Shown here: positions 36,242-45,059 of the stretch, one piece after another | Position numbering within the stretch: position 1 is the first letter of the stretch | Layout: every line of letters begins with the position of its first letter | NCBI GenBank assembly: GCA_946623775.1 | Contig: CAMORJ010000003.1 | Location: 1 to 46,079 of the forward strand | Length of the DNA stretch: 46,079 nucleotides | From: an uncultured Bacillota bacterium | GTDB lineage: Bacteria; Bacillota_I; Bacilli_A; RFN20; CAG-826 | Reading direction: 5' to 3' | Notes under the pieces: model-generated | Told to the model about the DNA's origin: nothing | The model's input: only the letters and a program-made list of their open reading frames with translations | The model's database searches: none | Position numbers and translations under genes: made by a program

Positions 36242-36601
36242 GTGGAAACAAGAACGGAGAGATATCAAAGATATCGGCAGCAAATACTGTCGATGCCCGA
36301 TGAGGCATTCGAACCGGATGGCAGTTTTGCCGGTTCTCCGCTTTCCCGTTCCGACATGGAAAGCATTCCGCCTCTATCCACCGCTAGCGAATCCATTGCT
36401 TTGCCGCCTCAAAACCCATCTGACCCAGCCCCTGTCAAGAAGGGAGCCCCAAGCAAGAAAAAAGGCAAAACAATGACCCCGTACACCTATTATCTAAGCC
36501 AAAGGAAGGCTCATGCCGCCATCAAATGGGGCATCGCCGCGCTTGCCATCGTCGGTCTGATCATCTTCTACGTCATCTTTGTTGGAGGACCCAATTCATG
36601 A
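36242..36601 (+). CDS. Hypothetical protein with a C-terminal TM helix
   Basis: ETRTERYQRYRQQI N-terminus, Pro/Ser/Lys linker, hydrophobic end; TATGAT 7 nt before GTG; ATGA overlap with cmk. Confidence 0.65.
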   Translation: METRTERYQRYRQQILSMPDEAFEPDGSFAGSPLSRSDMESIPPLSTASESIALPPQNPSDPAPVKKGAPSKKKGKTMTPYTYYLSQRKAHAAIKWGIAALAIVGLIIFYVIFVGGPNS

Positions 36602-37278
36602 ACAAACCCATCTCCGTCGCCATCGACGGCCCATCCGCCGCCGGCAAAAGCACCATCGCTAAGCGCGTTGCCGCGATCCTCGGCTTTACCTATATCGACA
36701 CGGGCGCCATGTACCGCGCTTTTACCTATGCGGTTATCAAAAAGGGTTTGAATCCCGAAGACGAAGCCGCCTCCTGCTCCATCATCCCTGAAGTGAGCAT
36801 CGATTTGCTTGATGATGGCCGCGTTCTTTGCAATGGCGAAGACGTGACGAAAGCGATTCGCGAGCCGCTTGTCTCCTCCAACGTAAGCTATATCGCCTCC
36901 TACAAAGATATCCGCCTTGCCCTCGTCGACATGCAAAGGGCCATGAGCCAATCGAAGTCCGTCGTTATGGACGGCCGCGACATCGGAACCTATGTTTTGC
37001 CTAATGCGGAGGTGAAAATCTATCAAATCGCCTCCACCGAAGCCAGGGCCCAAAGGCGTTATAAAGAGAACGTAGAAAAAGGCATCCCCACCAGCATGCA
37101 GGATGTTATCGATAACCTGACGAAGAGGGACTACATCGATTCCCATCGCGCGTTCGCGCCTCTTCGCCCCGCCGAAGATTCCGTTCAGCTTGATACTTCC
37201 GCGATGACCATCGAGGAAGTTGTCGATGCCGTTTTGAAGATCATCGAAGACAAAACGGGGGTCAAGGCATGCCGCTAG
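36598..37278 (+). CDS. cmk: Cytidylate kinase
   Basis: AIDGPSAAGKST, DTGAMYR, MDGRDIGT. Confidence 0.95.
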   Translation: MNKPISVAIDGPSAAGKSTIAKRVAAILGFTYIDTGAMYRAFTYAVIKKGLNPEDEAASCSIIPEVSIDLLDDGRVLCNGEDVTKAIREPLVSSNVSYIASYKDIRLALVDMQRAMSQSKSVVMDGRDIGTYVLPNAEVKIYQIASTEARAQRRYKENVEKGIPTSMQDVIDNLTKRDYIDSHRAFAPLRPAEDSVQLDTSAMTIEEVVDAVLKIIEDKTGVKACR

Positions 37279-38573
37279 GGCTTGTTGCTTTCGTCGGTGC
37301 CCCTAACGTCGGAAAATCGACGATTTTCAACCGCATCGTCGGAACCCGCGCTTCGATTGTCGAAGACACCCCGGGCGTCACCAGAGACCGCCTTTACGGG
37401 GTCGGCGAATGGCTGACGAGAAAATTCAGGGTCGTCGATACGGGCGGCGTCGAAATCGCGAACGCCCCATTCCAGCAAGAAATCCGCGCGCAGGTTCAAA
37501 TCGCTATCGACGAAGCGGATGTCATCGTTTTCGTGGTCGACGGCAGGACCGGATTGAACGACGATGATAAGAAGGTCGCGCGCATGCTCTATAAGTGCGA
37601 CAAACCCGTCATTTTGGCGGTCAATAAAATCGATAATATCGATCGCCTCGCCGATGCGGCCGAATTCTATGCATTGGGTTTGGGCGACCCCTTCGCGGTG
37701 TCTGGCGCGCATGGCATCGGCATCGGCGATCTCTTGGATAAAATCGTTTCCTATCTGCCTGACGAGGAAGAAGAAACCTATGAAGGTCAGATCACCTTCA
37801 GCTTTATCGGGAGGCCGAATGTCGGCAAATCGTCTTTGACCAACGCGATTCTCGGCGAATCGCGCGTTATCGTGAATTCGCTTTCTGGGACGACGAGAGA
37901 TTCCATCGATACCCCATTCGAATATGGAGAGGACCGTTTCGTCGCGATTGACACCGCGGGATTGGTAAAGCGCGGCAAAATCTATGAAGCCATTGATAAA
38001 TATGCCGCGATCCGCGCGCTGAAAGCCATCGACCGCTCCAATGTGGGCGTTCTGGTGATCGACGCATCTACCGGCATCATCGATCAGGATAGGCACGTCG
38101 TCGGCTATGCCTTAGAGGCAAAGAAGGGCATTGTCATCGTCGTCAACAAATGGGACACCGCCGCCAAAGGCCAAACCCAAGAATCGTTCACCGAGCAGAT
38201 TAAGTCCCGCTTCAAGTTCGTTGATTTTGCCCAAATCGTTTACGTTTCGGCAAAGACGGGCAGGGGAGTCGAGAATATTCTCCCGGCGATCAAGCAAGCC
38301 TATGAATCCGCTCAGCGCAGAATCCCGACTTCGGTTTTGAATGAAATCATTTTGGATGCCCAGAACATGAATCCGACCCCCGAATTCAACCACGGGCGAC
38401 TCAAAATCATCTATGTGAATCAGGTCGCAATCAATCCGCCGACGTTCGTTTTGTTCTGCAACGACCCGAAATTCGCTCATTTCTCTTATACGCGTTATCT
38501 AGAAAACAGATTGCGCGATACCTTCGATTTCACTGGCACGCCTTTGAATATTATTTACAGGCAGCGCAAGTGA
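37269..38573 (+). CDS. der: Ribosome biogenesis GTPase Der (EngA)
   Basis: Two G domains (GAPNVGKS, GRPNVGKS, DTGG, DTAG, NKID, NKWD) plus C-terminal PPTFVLF. Confidence 0.96.
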   Translation: MPLGLVAFVGAPNVGKSTIFNRIVGTRASIVEDTPGVTRDRLYGVGEWLTRKFRVVDTGGVEIANAPFQQEIRAQVQIAIDEADVIVFVVDGRTGLNDDDKKVARMLYKCDKPVILAVNKIDNIDRLADAAEFYALGLGDPFAVSGAHGIGIGDLLDKIVSYLPDEEEETYEGQITFSFIGRPNVGKSSLTNAILGESRVIVNSLSGTTRDSIDTPFEYGEDRFVAIDTAGLVKRGKIYEAIDKYAAIRALKAIDRSNVGVLVIDASTGIIDQDRHVVGYALEAKKGIVIVVNKWDTAAKGQTQESFTEQIKSRFKFVDFAQIVYVSAKTGRGVENILPAIKQAYESAQRRIPTSVLNEIILDAQNMNPTPEFNHGRLKIIYVNQVAINPPTFVLFCNDPKFAHFSYTRYLENRLRDTFDFTGTPLNIIYRQRK

Positions 38574-38655
38574 TTTATCGTAGTTTTTGAAAGAAATTTA
38601 TACATCGTTATAATTTTTATCGAAATATCAAGACGGCCGCGAGCACCCTTTTTTG

Positions 38656-38669
38656 TGTAAGCGTTTTCA
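38656..38669. promoter_or_regulatory. cre/LacI-type operator upstream of hup
   Basis: TGTAAGCGTTTTCA matches the CcpA cre consensus; lies between two promoter-like elements (38587-38614 and 38699-38727). Confidence 0.5.
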
Positions 38670-38766
38670 GCAAAATTTAAAAATCTATCAAATAAAACTT
38701 GAATTTGTTGCGATGGGGTGCTAATTTTTAATCAACATCATCAGCACACAGGAGGAAACAAAACCC

Positions 38767-39039
38767 ATGAACAAAGCTGAACTCATTGCCGCCGCCGCCG
38801 CAAAGGCGGAAGTTTCTCATCGTGACGCCGAGGCTGTCGTCGAAGCAGTCCTTGAACTCATTGAAGAGAACCTCGTTGCTGGACGCGAAGTCAAGATCTC
38901 TGGCTTCGGCATCTTCGAGAAGAAGGGCCGCGCCGCCCGCGTTGGCACCAACCCCTCTTCCGGCGAGAAGATCGAAATCCCCGCTTCCAACACCGTCGGA
39001 TTCAAGCCTTCCAAAGGCCTCAGAGAGAAGCTCAACTAA
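38767..39039 (+). CDS. hup: Histone-like DNA-binding protein HU
   Basis: MNKAELI, GFGIF, RAARVGTNP, FKPSKGL. Confidence 0.95.
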   Translation: MNKAELIAAAAAKAEVSHRDAEAVVEAVLELIEENLVAGREVKISGFGIFEKKGRAARVGTNPSSGEKIEIPASNTVGFKPSKGLREKLN

Positions 39040-39057
39040 TTTAAGCCATCTCAAACC

Positions 39058-39085
39058 AAGAGCCATCCTCGCGATGGCTCTTTTT
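39058..39085 (+). terminator. Terminator after hup
   Basis: AAGAGCCATC-CTCGC-GATGGCTCTT-TTT. Confidence 0.85.
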
Positions 39086-39102
39086 CGTGTTAACATTATC
39101 CC

Positions 39103-39708
39103 ATGCTGCCAGAATGCTTCCTGCGACTTGCGAAGATCTACCGCGAACATGGCTTCCGCCTCTACATCATCGGCGGCACCTCGCGCGATATCCTTTTGGG
39201 CATCGACCCAGCGGATTTCGATTTCGTCACGGATGCGACCCCAGAGCAAGAAAAAGAATTCCTGCCGGAAGCCGATTACGCATTCGCCAAATACGGTTCC
39301 ATCAAGATATTCGATAACGGAATCGAAATCGATATCACCACTCTTCGGGAGGAAGGGGAATACATCGACTACCGCCATCCTTCCTACGTGAGATTCATCA
39401 CCTCGCCTGAGCGCGATTCCTATCGACGCGATTTCACGATCAATGCCCTTTATGTAGATGAGAATAGCAATATCCTGGATTTCCATGGAGGGATGGAAGA
39501 CCTTAAGAATAAAACCATCCGCTTCATCGGGGATCCCGACGAAAGGGTGAAGGAAGATCCCCTCCGCATCCTTAGGGCGTATCGCTTCCAAAAGCGCCTG
39601 GACGGCTTCCGCTTCGACCCCCTTACCGAAGCGGCCTTGAAACGCAACGAGGGATTGCTTGAGAAACTCAATCCAGAGAAGGTGCGTCTAGAAAGAAATA
39701 AGGAGTAG
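39103..39708 (+). CDS. cca: Class II tRNA nucleotidyltransferase (CCA-adding/poly(A) polymerase family), only 201 aa
   Basis: GGTSRD, DFDF, TTLR, RRDFTINAL, EDPLRILRAYRF. Confidence 0.82.
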   Translation: MLPECFLRLAKIYREHGFRLYIIGGTSRDILLGIDPADFDFVTDATPEQEKEFLPEADYAFAKYGSIKIFDNGIEIDITTLREEGEYIDYRHPSYVRFITSPERDSYRRDFTINALYVDENSNILDFHGGMEDLKNKTIRFIGDPDERVKEDPLRILRAYRFQKRLDGFRFDPLTEAALKRNEGLLEKLNPEKVRLERNKE

Positions 39709-39720
39709 AATATTGCTGCT

Positions 39721-40383
39721 ATGAACGAAACCAACCCCTTACAGGCAATAGACTTCCGTTACTTGTTGCTCGATTTATATAAGCAAGCCAGGCTCAGCGA
39801 GAATGAGCTCGCCGTGGTTCTTATGGTCGATCATCTGACCAGGCAAGGAAATGATTTGGTCACCGCCGATTTGCTCTCTTTGAAAATGAACCTTAAGGTG
39901 AAAGAGCTCGATGAGATTCTGGCAGGGCTAGTGAAACGCGGATTGATCGCATACGAAAGCAAAGGCGAAAGGCTATTCACGTCCTTGGAGCCTTTGAAGA
40001 AGGAGCTCTACCGCCTTTTCCAAGCCCAGCTTGCGAAGAACAACCAAAACCTGATGTCCGCGGATAGGGCGGAAATCCTTTCGCGACTTTACGCTTATTT
40101 TGAAAAGAGATTGAACCGCACCTTATCCCCGCTTGAGAATGAGACGCTTTCCTCTTGGCTTAACGATGCCTACACAGAAGAAGATATCAAGGATGCTTTG
40201 GAGCGCGCCCTTGCGAGCAATAGGCGCAACTTTAAGCAGGTCGATAAAATGCTTCGCACCGCAAGAAGGCGCGACGATTTGGCATTGGAAGGCGTGTCTG
40301 GCGTCGACGATAATTGGAACGCCGACATCGAACGCACGATTGCTATCGCGAAAACGCGTTGGGTTGACGATGAGGAAGAATGA
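39721..40383 (+). CDS. dnaD: DnaD domain replication protein
   Basis: LLLDLYKQARLSENE, FEKRLNRTLSPLE; synteny with nth. Confidence 0.82.
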   Translation: MNETNPLQAIDFRYLLLDLYKQARLSENELAVVLMVDHLTRQGNDLVTADLLSLKMNLKVKELDEILAGLVKRGLIAYESKGERLFTSLEPLKKELYRLFQAQLAKNNQNLMSADRAEILSRLYAYFEKRLNRTLSPLENETLSSWLNDAYTEEDIKDALERALASNRRNFKQVDKMLRTARRRDDLALEGVSGVDDNWNADIERTIAIAKTRWVDDEEE

Positions 40384-41017
40384 TCTCTTTATCGCTTCTG
40401 CCTTAGAAGAGCTTTTGCCTGACGCAAAATGCGCCTTGGATTTCTCTACGCCCTTTCAATGCCTTGTCGCTGTTAGCCTATCCGCTCAGACGACCGATGT
40501 CGCCGTAAATCGTGTCACGCCTGCCCTCTTTTCTTCTTTTCCCGATGCTTTTGCAATGGCGGAAGCCCCGCTGGAAGAGGTCAAAAACCTTATCCGAAGC
40601 ATCGGCTTATACGACCACAAGGCGAAGAACATCATCGCTTTGTCCAAAAAGCTTGTCGAATCTTTCGGCGGCGAAGTCCCTCAAACCAGAGAAGAGCTAA
40701 CCACCTTGCCAGGAGTCGGAATCAAAACTGCGAATGTCGTTTTGGCGGAATGCTTTGGGGTCCCCGCGATCGCGGTGGACACCCATGTATCCCGCGTTGC
40801 CTTCCGCTTGGGGTATTGCAAGCAAGGGGAAGACCCGATTCGGATAGAGCAGATCCTTGAGAAGCGTTTTCCAAAGGAAACGTGGATCAAATTGCACCAT
40901 CGCATCATTTGGTTCGGAAGGCTCGTATGCCATGCGAAAAAACCCGAATGCGATAAATGCCCGCTTCAAAGCGTCTGCGCTTACTTCAAAAAGACTTCTT
41001 CCAAAACGGGAAGATAA
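40370..41017 (+). CDS. nth: Endonuclease III
   Basis: LSAQTTD, HhH LPGVGIKTANV, VDTHV, C-x6-C-x2-C-x5-C. Confidence 0.95.
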   Translation: MRKNDLFIASALEELLPDAKCALDFSTPFQCLVAVSLSAQTTDVAVNRVTPALFSSFPDAFAMAEAPLEEVKNLIRSIGLYDHKAKNIIALSKKLVESFGGEVPQTREELTTLPGVGIKTANVVLAECFGVPAIAVDTHVSRVAFRLGYCKQGEDPIRIEQILEKRFPKETWIKLHHRIIWFGRLVCHAKKPECDKCPLQSVCAYFKKTSSKTGR

Positions 41018-41583
41018 TCATAAGGAGGACGGTATCCCTCTTTGATGAGGTATCCGTTCTTTTTCATTTCCTCATACGGAATCGAGGAGCGTTCTTTCTT
41101 GTGGTAGAACTCGATGATATAGCTTGCTGGCAATAGGTAGACTTCCTTGTGGGCCTGCCAATGGATTAAGAAAAAGGCAATGCCTCCATGGAAAATCACT
41201 TTTTCTAGGTGGGCGATTTGCTGAGGCGGGATGTTGGCGAGCGGGAAAGAGGTTTTGATGCGAGTCGATTTTGCTTCGAAATCGATGTAATGCCCCTGAT
41301 AAACTCCATTGTAGTCAGTGGTGGATTGGGTCTCGAAATAGGCGTTGGTGATCTTTGGGCCATGGGTGTAATCCACCGACACGATATTGATTGGAGTGGG
41401 ACGCTTCGTGATGAGGCAAAGGCCCTTCTCGGCATAGTAATCGTTTGTTTGGTTGATGGCGGATTCAAAATCCATGCCGCGATTGCCTGCTGCAACGCGG
41501 AGAACCCTCGGCTTCTTCTCCGAGGCTTTCTTTTTGGGGGCGATTTGCTTTGGCTTGACCCCCGCTGGATAGTGGATCTCCAT
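40981..41583 (-). CDS. recU: Holliday junction resolvase RecU
   Basis: NRGMDFE, KRPTPI, STTDYNGVYQG, FEAKST. Confidence 0.95.
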   Translation of the reverse strand: MEIHYPAGVKPKQIAPKKKASEKKPRVLRVAAGNRGMDFESAINQTNDYYAEKGLCLITKRPTPINIVSVDYTHGPKITNAYFETQSTTDYNGVYQGHYIDFEAKSTRIKTSFPLANIPPQQIAHLEKVIFHGGIAFFLIHWQAHKEVYLLPASYIIEFYHKKERSSIPYEEMKKNGYLIKEGYRPPYDYLPVLEEVFLK

Positions 41584-42309
41584 TTACTCGAGTTCCTCGT
41601 CTATGGAACGATTCAGATCGTCGATCGTGGCGGAACCCGTTTCGGCTATCTTCGTCACGATTTTGCGGATTGGCTCAGGAACGCTCCTCGAGCGGAGAAG
41701 CGTTTTGCGGTATTCCTCGCGCACGATGTCTTTCTTCTCCAGGAACGCTTTATATAGAAGGATGAGGTTGTATGCATCCGCGCACGCGTCATGGGCCTGC
41801 CCTTCGAATTTCACATTGAAGAGCTCTAGGTTGTGCGACAAAGAGCGCCCGTTCCCGTGCTCATCAGTGACGTAGTGCTTCAAGAATGCGGCGAAGTCGA
41901 CGGTGTGCTTCGACACATAACGCGCTTCTTCCATGGATGCGTCCATGTTGTGCTCGGCCGAGGCGATGAACATCTTCGCGTCTTGATCGCCATAGGCGAC
42001 GAAAAGGCATTTTTTGTATTGCCTGCCGACGTATTTTTGCAATTGCTGCTGGGCAAGGCGGAACGTAATGCCCTTCTCTCGGATGATTTTGGAGTCGATT
42101 CCCGTCAGTTTGGTGACGAAATTCCCAATGCCTCCTTTGGGTTTGACGTAAACCTTGAAGGGCTTGAAGATCTTCTTGACGGTAAGGTCTTTCCTCAAGT
42201 CGACTTTATACGCTCCGATCTCAATGATTTCGTGGGTGACCTGCGTGCCCTCCAAGTCGATGAACACGAGGTGGAGATGGTCTTTTAATAGCTTGTTCAG
42301 TTCTTTCAT
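41584..42309 (-). CDS. DEDDh 3'-5' exonuclease (KapD/Eri1-like)
   Basis: IDLEGT, EIIEIGA, YGDQD, AHDACADA; TATAAT 7 nt before ATG 42309. Confidence 0.82.
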   Translation of the reverse strand: MKELNKLLKDHLHLVFIDLEGTQVTHEIIEIGAYKVDLRKDLTVKKIFKPFKVYVKPKGGIGNFVTKLTGIDSKIIREKGITFRLAQQQLQKYVGRQYKKCLFVAYGDQDAKMFIASAEHNMDASMEEARYVSKHTVDFAAFLKHYVTDEHGNGRSLSHNLELFNVKFEGQAHDACADAYNLILLYKAFLEKKDIVREEYRKTLLRSRSVPEPIRKIVTKIAETGSATIDDLNRSIDEELE

Positions 42310-42375
42310 CCCGGCTATTATACCCCAACTCATTGTTTTCTTGCTTCCCATGTGCGGACGAATTAATATGAACCC

Positions 42376-43089
42376 ATGAAACGTAGGGCATCCATCGCAT
42401 TTTTATCCATCCTGACGGGTGCTCTTTTTTCGTGTGGGCAAACCAAAACCCTAACCGTGAAGGAAGGCGAAGACAGGCTTGCCGAAATAGGCGAAGCGAT
42501 ACATGCGGCCGATTACGAGTTCCCGAACAAGTTTTCCTATTCGGTGACTTCTTCTGACAACGTCGAAGGCGGAGGGCAGATGCAAAGCGCGTTCATCGCT
42601 TATTCGGCCGAAGACACTTTCTTCCAACATCTATCCAATGGCGCGATCATCTACCTGTATGCCGATAATCTGGATTTGGTGCAGCTCAATAGCAACAGCA
42701 AAAAATACACCAGGACCTCCTACGAGACCAAAGAGCAGCTTCTTGAAGCCTTTAATGCATACACGTCCCCCTTCCTTTTGGATTACAGCGCCCCCATCAT
42801 CGAGTCGCTTGTTTCCGATTTCTCTTTCCGCGATTACGCGAAGACGGAAGCAAACGAAAAAGACCCATTGCCTTATCTGAAGATCAAAAGCTCGGGCAAA
42901 GGCAGCTTATCGGTAGACGCCAAGAAGAATGCTTCCGGCGGCGTTGAAAGGGAATCGTTCTTGATTGAGGGCAACCTTCTGCGCGCCAATGTCCATTATT
43001 TGGGCACGGCATACGAAGCGACCGACCTCACCTATTCGGACACGAAACTGCATTATCCGGACCTCTCTTTATATACTTTGGCGGAATAG
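42376..43089 (+). CDS. Hypothetical lipoprotein
   Basis: MKRR + hydrophobic stretch + LFSC lipobox-like sequence. Confidence 0.7.
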   Translation: MKRRASIAFLSILTGALFSCGQTKTLTVKEGEDRLAEIGEAIHAADYEFPNKFSYSVTSSDNVEGGGQMQSAFIAYSAEDTFFQHLSNGAIIYLYADNLDLVQLNSNSKKYTRTSYETKEQLLEAFNAYTSPFLLDYSAPIIESLVSDFSFRDYAKTEANEKDPLPYLKIKSSGKGSLSVDAKKNASGGVERESFLIEGNLLRANVHYLGTAYEATDLTYSDTKLHYPDLSLYTLAE

Positions 43090-43152
43090 TTTGATTTCTC
43101 GCGCGCAAAACAATGGAAAGGCGGATAGCCATAGGCTATAATTTTCACGTCT

Positions 43153-43518
43153 ATGGATACCACAAACATTTCGCTAACTACTTCAGACATCCTCGATAAG
43201 GTCTTTGAGCCGAACGGCAAAGGATACGATCCCGCGGAAGTCGACGCCTTCCTCGACCGCATCATCGAAGACTATCGGTCATTCGAGAATTACTACAAAG
43301 AATCGCATGCCTACATCATCGATTTGGAAAAGCAATTCCGCACGATCCGCGAGAAGTGTTCGGAGCAGGAAATCGAACTGGCCAAGCTAAAATCCAGGAT
43401 GGCGGGTATCCGCGACGATGGGACGGCGACCGTAGACAACATCAACCTCCTCGATCGCATAGACAAACTGGAAAGGGAGCTATGGCGATTGGGTGGTGAC
43501 CCATCGGCGATTAAATAA
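43153..43518 (+). CDS. gpsB: GpsB/DivIVA family protein
   Basis: DILDKVF...KGYDPAEVDAFLDRIIEDY, C-terminal NLLDRIDKLERE; synteny with rnpB. Confidence 0.88.
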   Translation: MDTTNISLTTSDILDKVFEPNGKGYDPAEVDAFLDRIIEDYRSFENYYKESHAYIIDLEKQFRTIREKCSEQEIELAKLKSRMAGIRDDGTATVDNINLLDRIDKLERELWRLGGDPSAIK

Positions 43519-43530
43519 CTATAATTAATC

Positions 43531-43858
43531 ATCCGGCCCAGGTGACTGCTGCCAATAGGCAGAGGAAAGTCCATGCTCGCACGCTCTGCGATGAGCGTAG
43601 TGATTGCGCTAGGGGAAGAAATAACCCTAGGTACGCGGGAGCGCGTAACGGCGGAGGAACATCTGCTTCAGATGGGAATCCCTAAGGTGCCACAGAGACG
43701 AGCTTGATGGCGACATCAAGATGAAACGCGGTAAACCCCACAAGCGAGAAACCCAAATTTGGTAGGGGAAGCGCCCAATGCGAATTGAAGCAAAGGGAGC
43801 CAGGCATTGCCTGAGATAAATTGTCACCCTCGACAAAACATGGCTTATAGGGCCGGAC
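43531..43858 (+). ncRNA. rnpB: RNase P RNA, bacterial type B
   Basis: GAGGAAAGTCCATGCTCGCAC, GTGCCACAGAGACG, GAAACGCGGTAAACCCC, ACAAAACATGGCTTA; P1 TCCGGCCC/GGGCCGGA; TATAAT at 43520-43525. Confidence 0.96.
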
Positions 43859-43878
43859 ACTCATTCGAAAGGAAATTC

Positions 43879-44520
43879 ATGAACATCCCAACCAAAATCA
43901 CAACCGCTCGAATCGTGCTCGTCGTAGCGATGCTCATCGGGCTTTTCGTTTGCTCCGTGATTCCTGGTTTCGTCGCCCCAACGCTTGGCGGTTCCGGGAT
44001 CAACGTCGTGTACTTGATCGCCGGCATCGTCTTCGTCGTCGCAAGCGGAACCGATTGGCTGGATGGCTACCTTGCAAGGAAGTGGAATCAGGTCACGGAT
44101 TTAGGCAAATTCCTTGACCCGATCGCCGACAAGCTCTTGGTCAACAGCGTCCTCGTGTTCCTTGCCGTTCCCTTCGCATTCGCCCCAAATCAGATACACG
44201 TCCCCGCCTTCTGCGTCATTTTGATGATCGGCCGCGACCTTGTGGTCGACGCCCTCCGCTTCGTCGCCGCGAAGAAGAACTATGTCATCGCCGCGAATAT
44301 GTTCGGCAAAGCCAAGACCGTTGCCCAGATGGTCGCGTTGCCATTTGTCTTCCTGAACGATTGGCCGTTCTCTTATTTCTCCGCCTCTTGGCCTGAGTAT
44401 GCCAAGCCATCGATTATCCTGGTCTATATCGCGACCGCTTTGTCTTTGCTATCCGGAATCATCTACGTGGTGCAGAACCGCGGCGTTTTGAAACAGGGGG
44501 ACAACAATGAACGACAATAA
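43879..44520 (+). CDS. pgsA: CDP-diacylglycerol--glycerol-3-phosphate 3-phosphatidyltransferase
   Basis: TDWLDGYLARKWNQVTDLGKFLDPIADK. Confidence 0.93.
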   Translation: MNIPTKITTARIVLVVAMLIGLFVCSVIPGFVAPTLGGSGINVVYLIAGIVFVVASGTDWLDGYLARKWNQVTDLGKFLDPIADKLLVNSVLVFLAVPFAFAPNQIHVPAFCVILMIGRDLVVDALRFVAAKKNYVIAANMFGKAKTVAQMVALPFVFLNDWPFSYFSASWPEYAKPSIILVYIATALSLLSGIIYVVQNRGVLKQGDNNERQ

Positions 44521-45040
44521 TGCCCATGACATGCTTCAGACCCTGGCATCAAAGGGTTTGACCTTGGGATGCGTGGAATCCTTGACCGGCGGAATGTTCG
44601 CCGCCAGGATCTGCTCCGTCCCCGGCGCCTCCAACGTCTTTAAAGGCGGCCTTATCACCTATGCGCCTGAGTTAAAGACAAAACTCGCGTTCGTGAAACC
44701 TGAGCTCATCAAAAACTATGGAGTCGTCTCGGAAGAAGTGGCTTTGGCCATGGCGACCGGAGGGGCGAAAGCCCTTGACGTCGATGTCGTCGTCTCCTGC
44801 ACGGGCAACGCAGGCCCGACCGCCCAAGAAGGCGAAGCCCCCGTTGGGCGCGTGTACCTTGGACTTTATTACAATGGGTACGCCTGGTGCGTCCCTCTCC
44901 AGTTGTCTGGCGACAGGGACCAAATCCGTGAGTATGTCGTCGATTCGATGATAAATTTGGTCGAATCTTTGTTCACGGAGCACAAAAATATACAAATTGA
45001 GCAAAAACAGGAGCCCTTTTTCGAAAAAAAAGACAATTAG
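44507..45040 (+). CDS. cinA: CinA C-terminal domain protein (NMN deamidase PncC-like)
   Basis: ESLTGG, PGAS, K of YAPELK, GVVSEEVA, TGNAGP; pgsA-cinA-recA synteny. Confidence 0.88.
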   Translation: MNDNNAHDMLQTLASKGLTLGCVESLTGGMFAARICSVPGASNVFKGGLITYAPELKTKLAFVKPELIKNYGVVSEEVALAMATGGAKALDVDVVVSCTGNAGPTAQEGEAPVGRVYLGLYYNGYAWCVPLQLSGDRDQIREYVVDSMINLVESLFTEHKNIQIEQKQEPFFEKKDN

Positions 45041-45059
45041 ATAAGTGGAGGGAAAAATT

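Noticed and set aside
38728-39591. 287-aa minus-strand ORF across hup and cca
   Set aside because: Antisense to two well-supported genes and a terminator; no motifs
43627-43864. Two minus-strand ORFs and the N-terminal extension of pgsA
   Set aside because: They lie within the RNase P RNA gene
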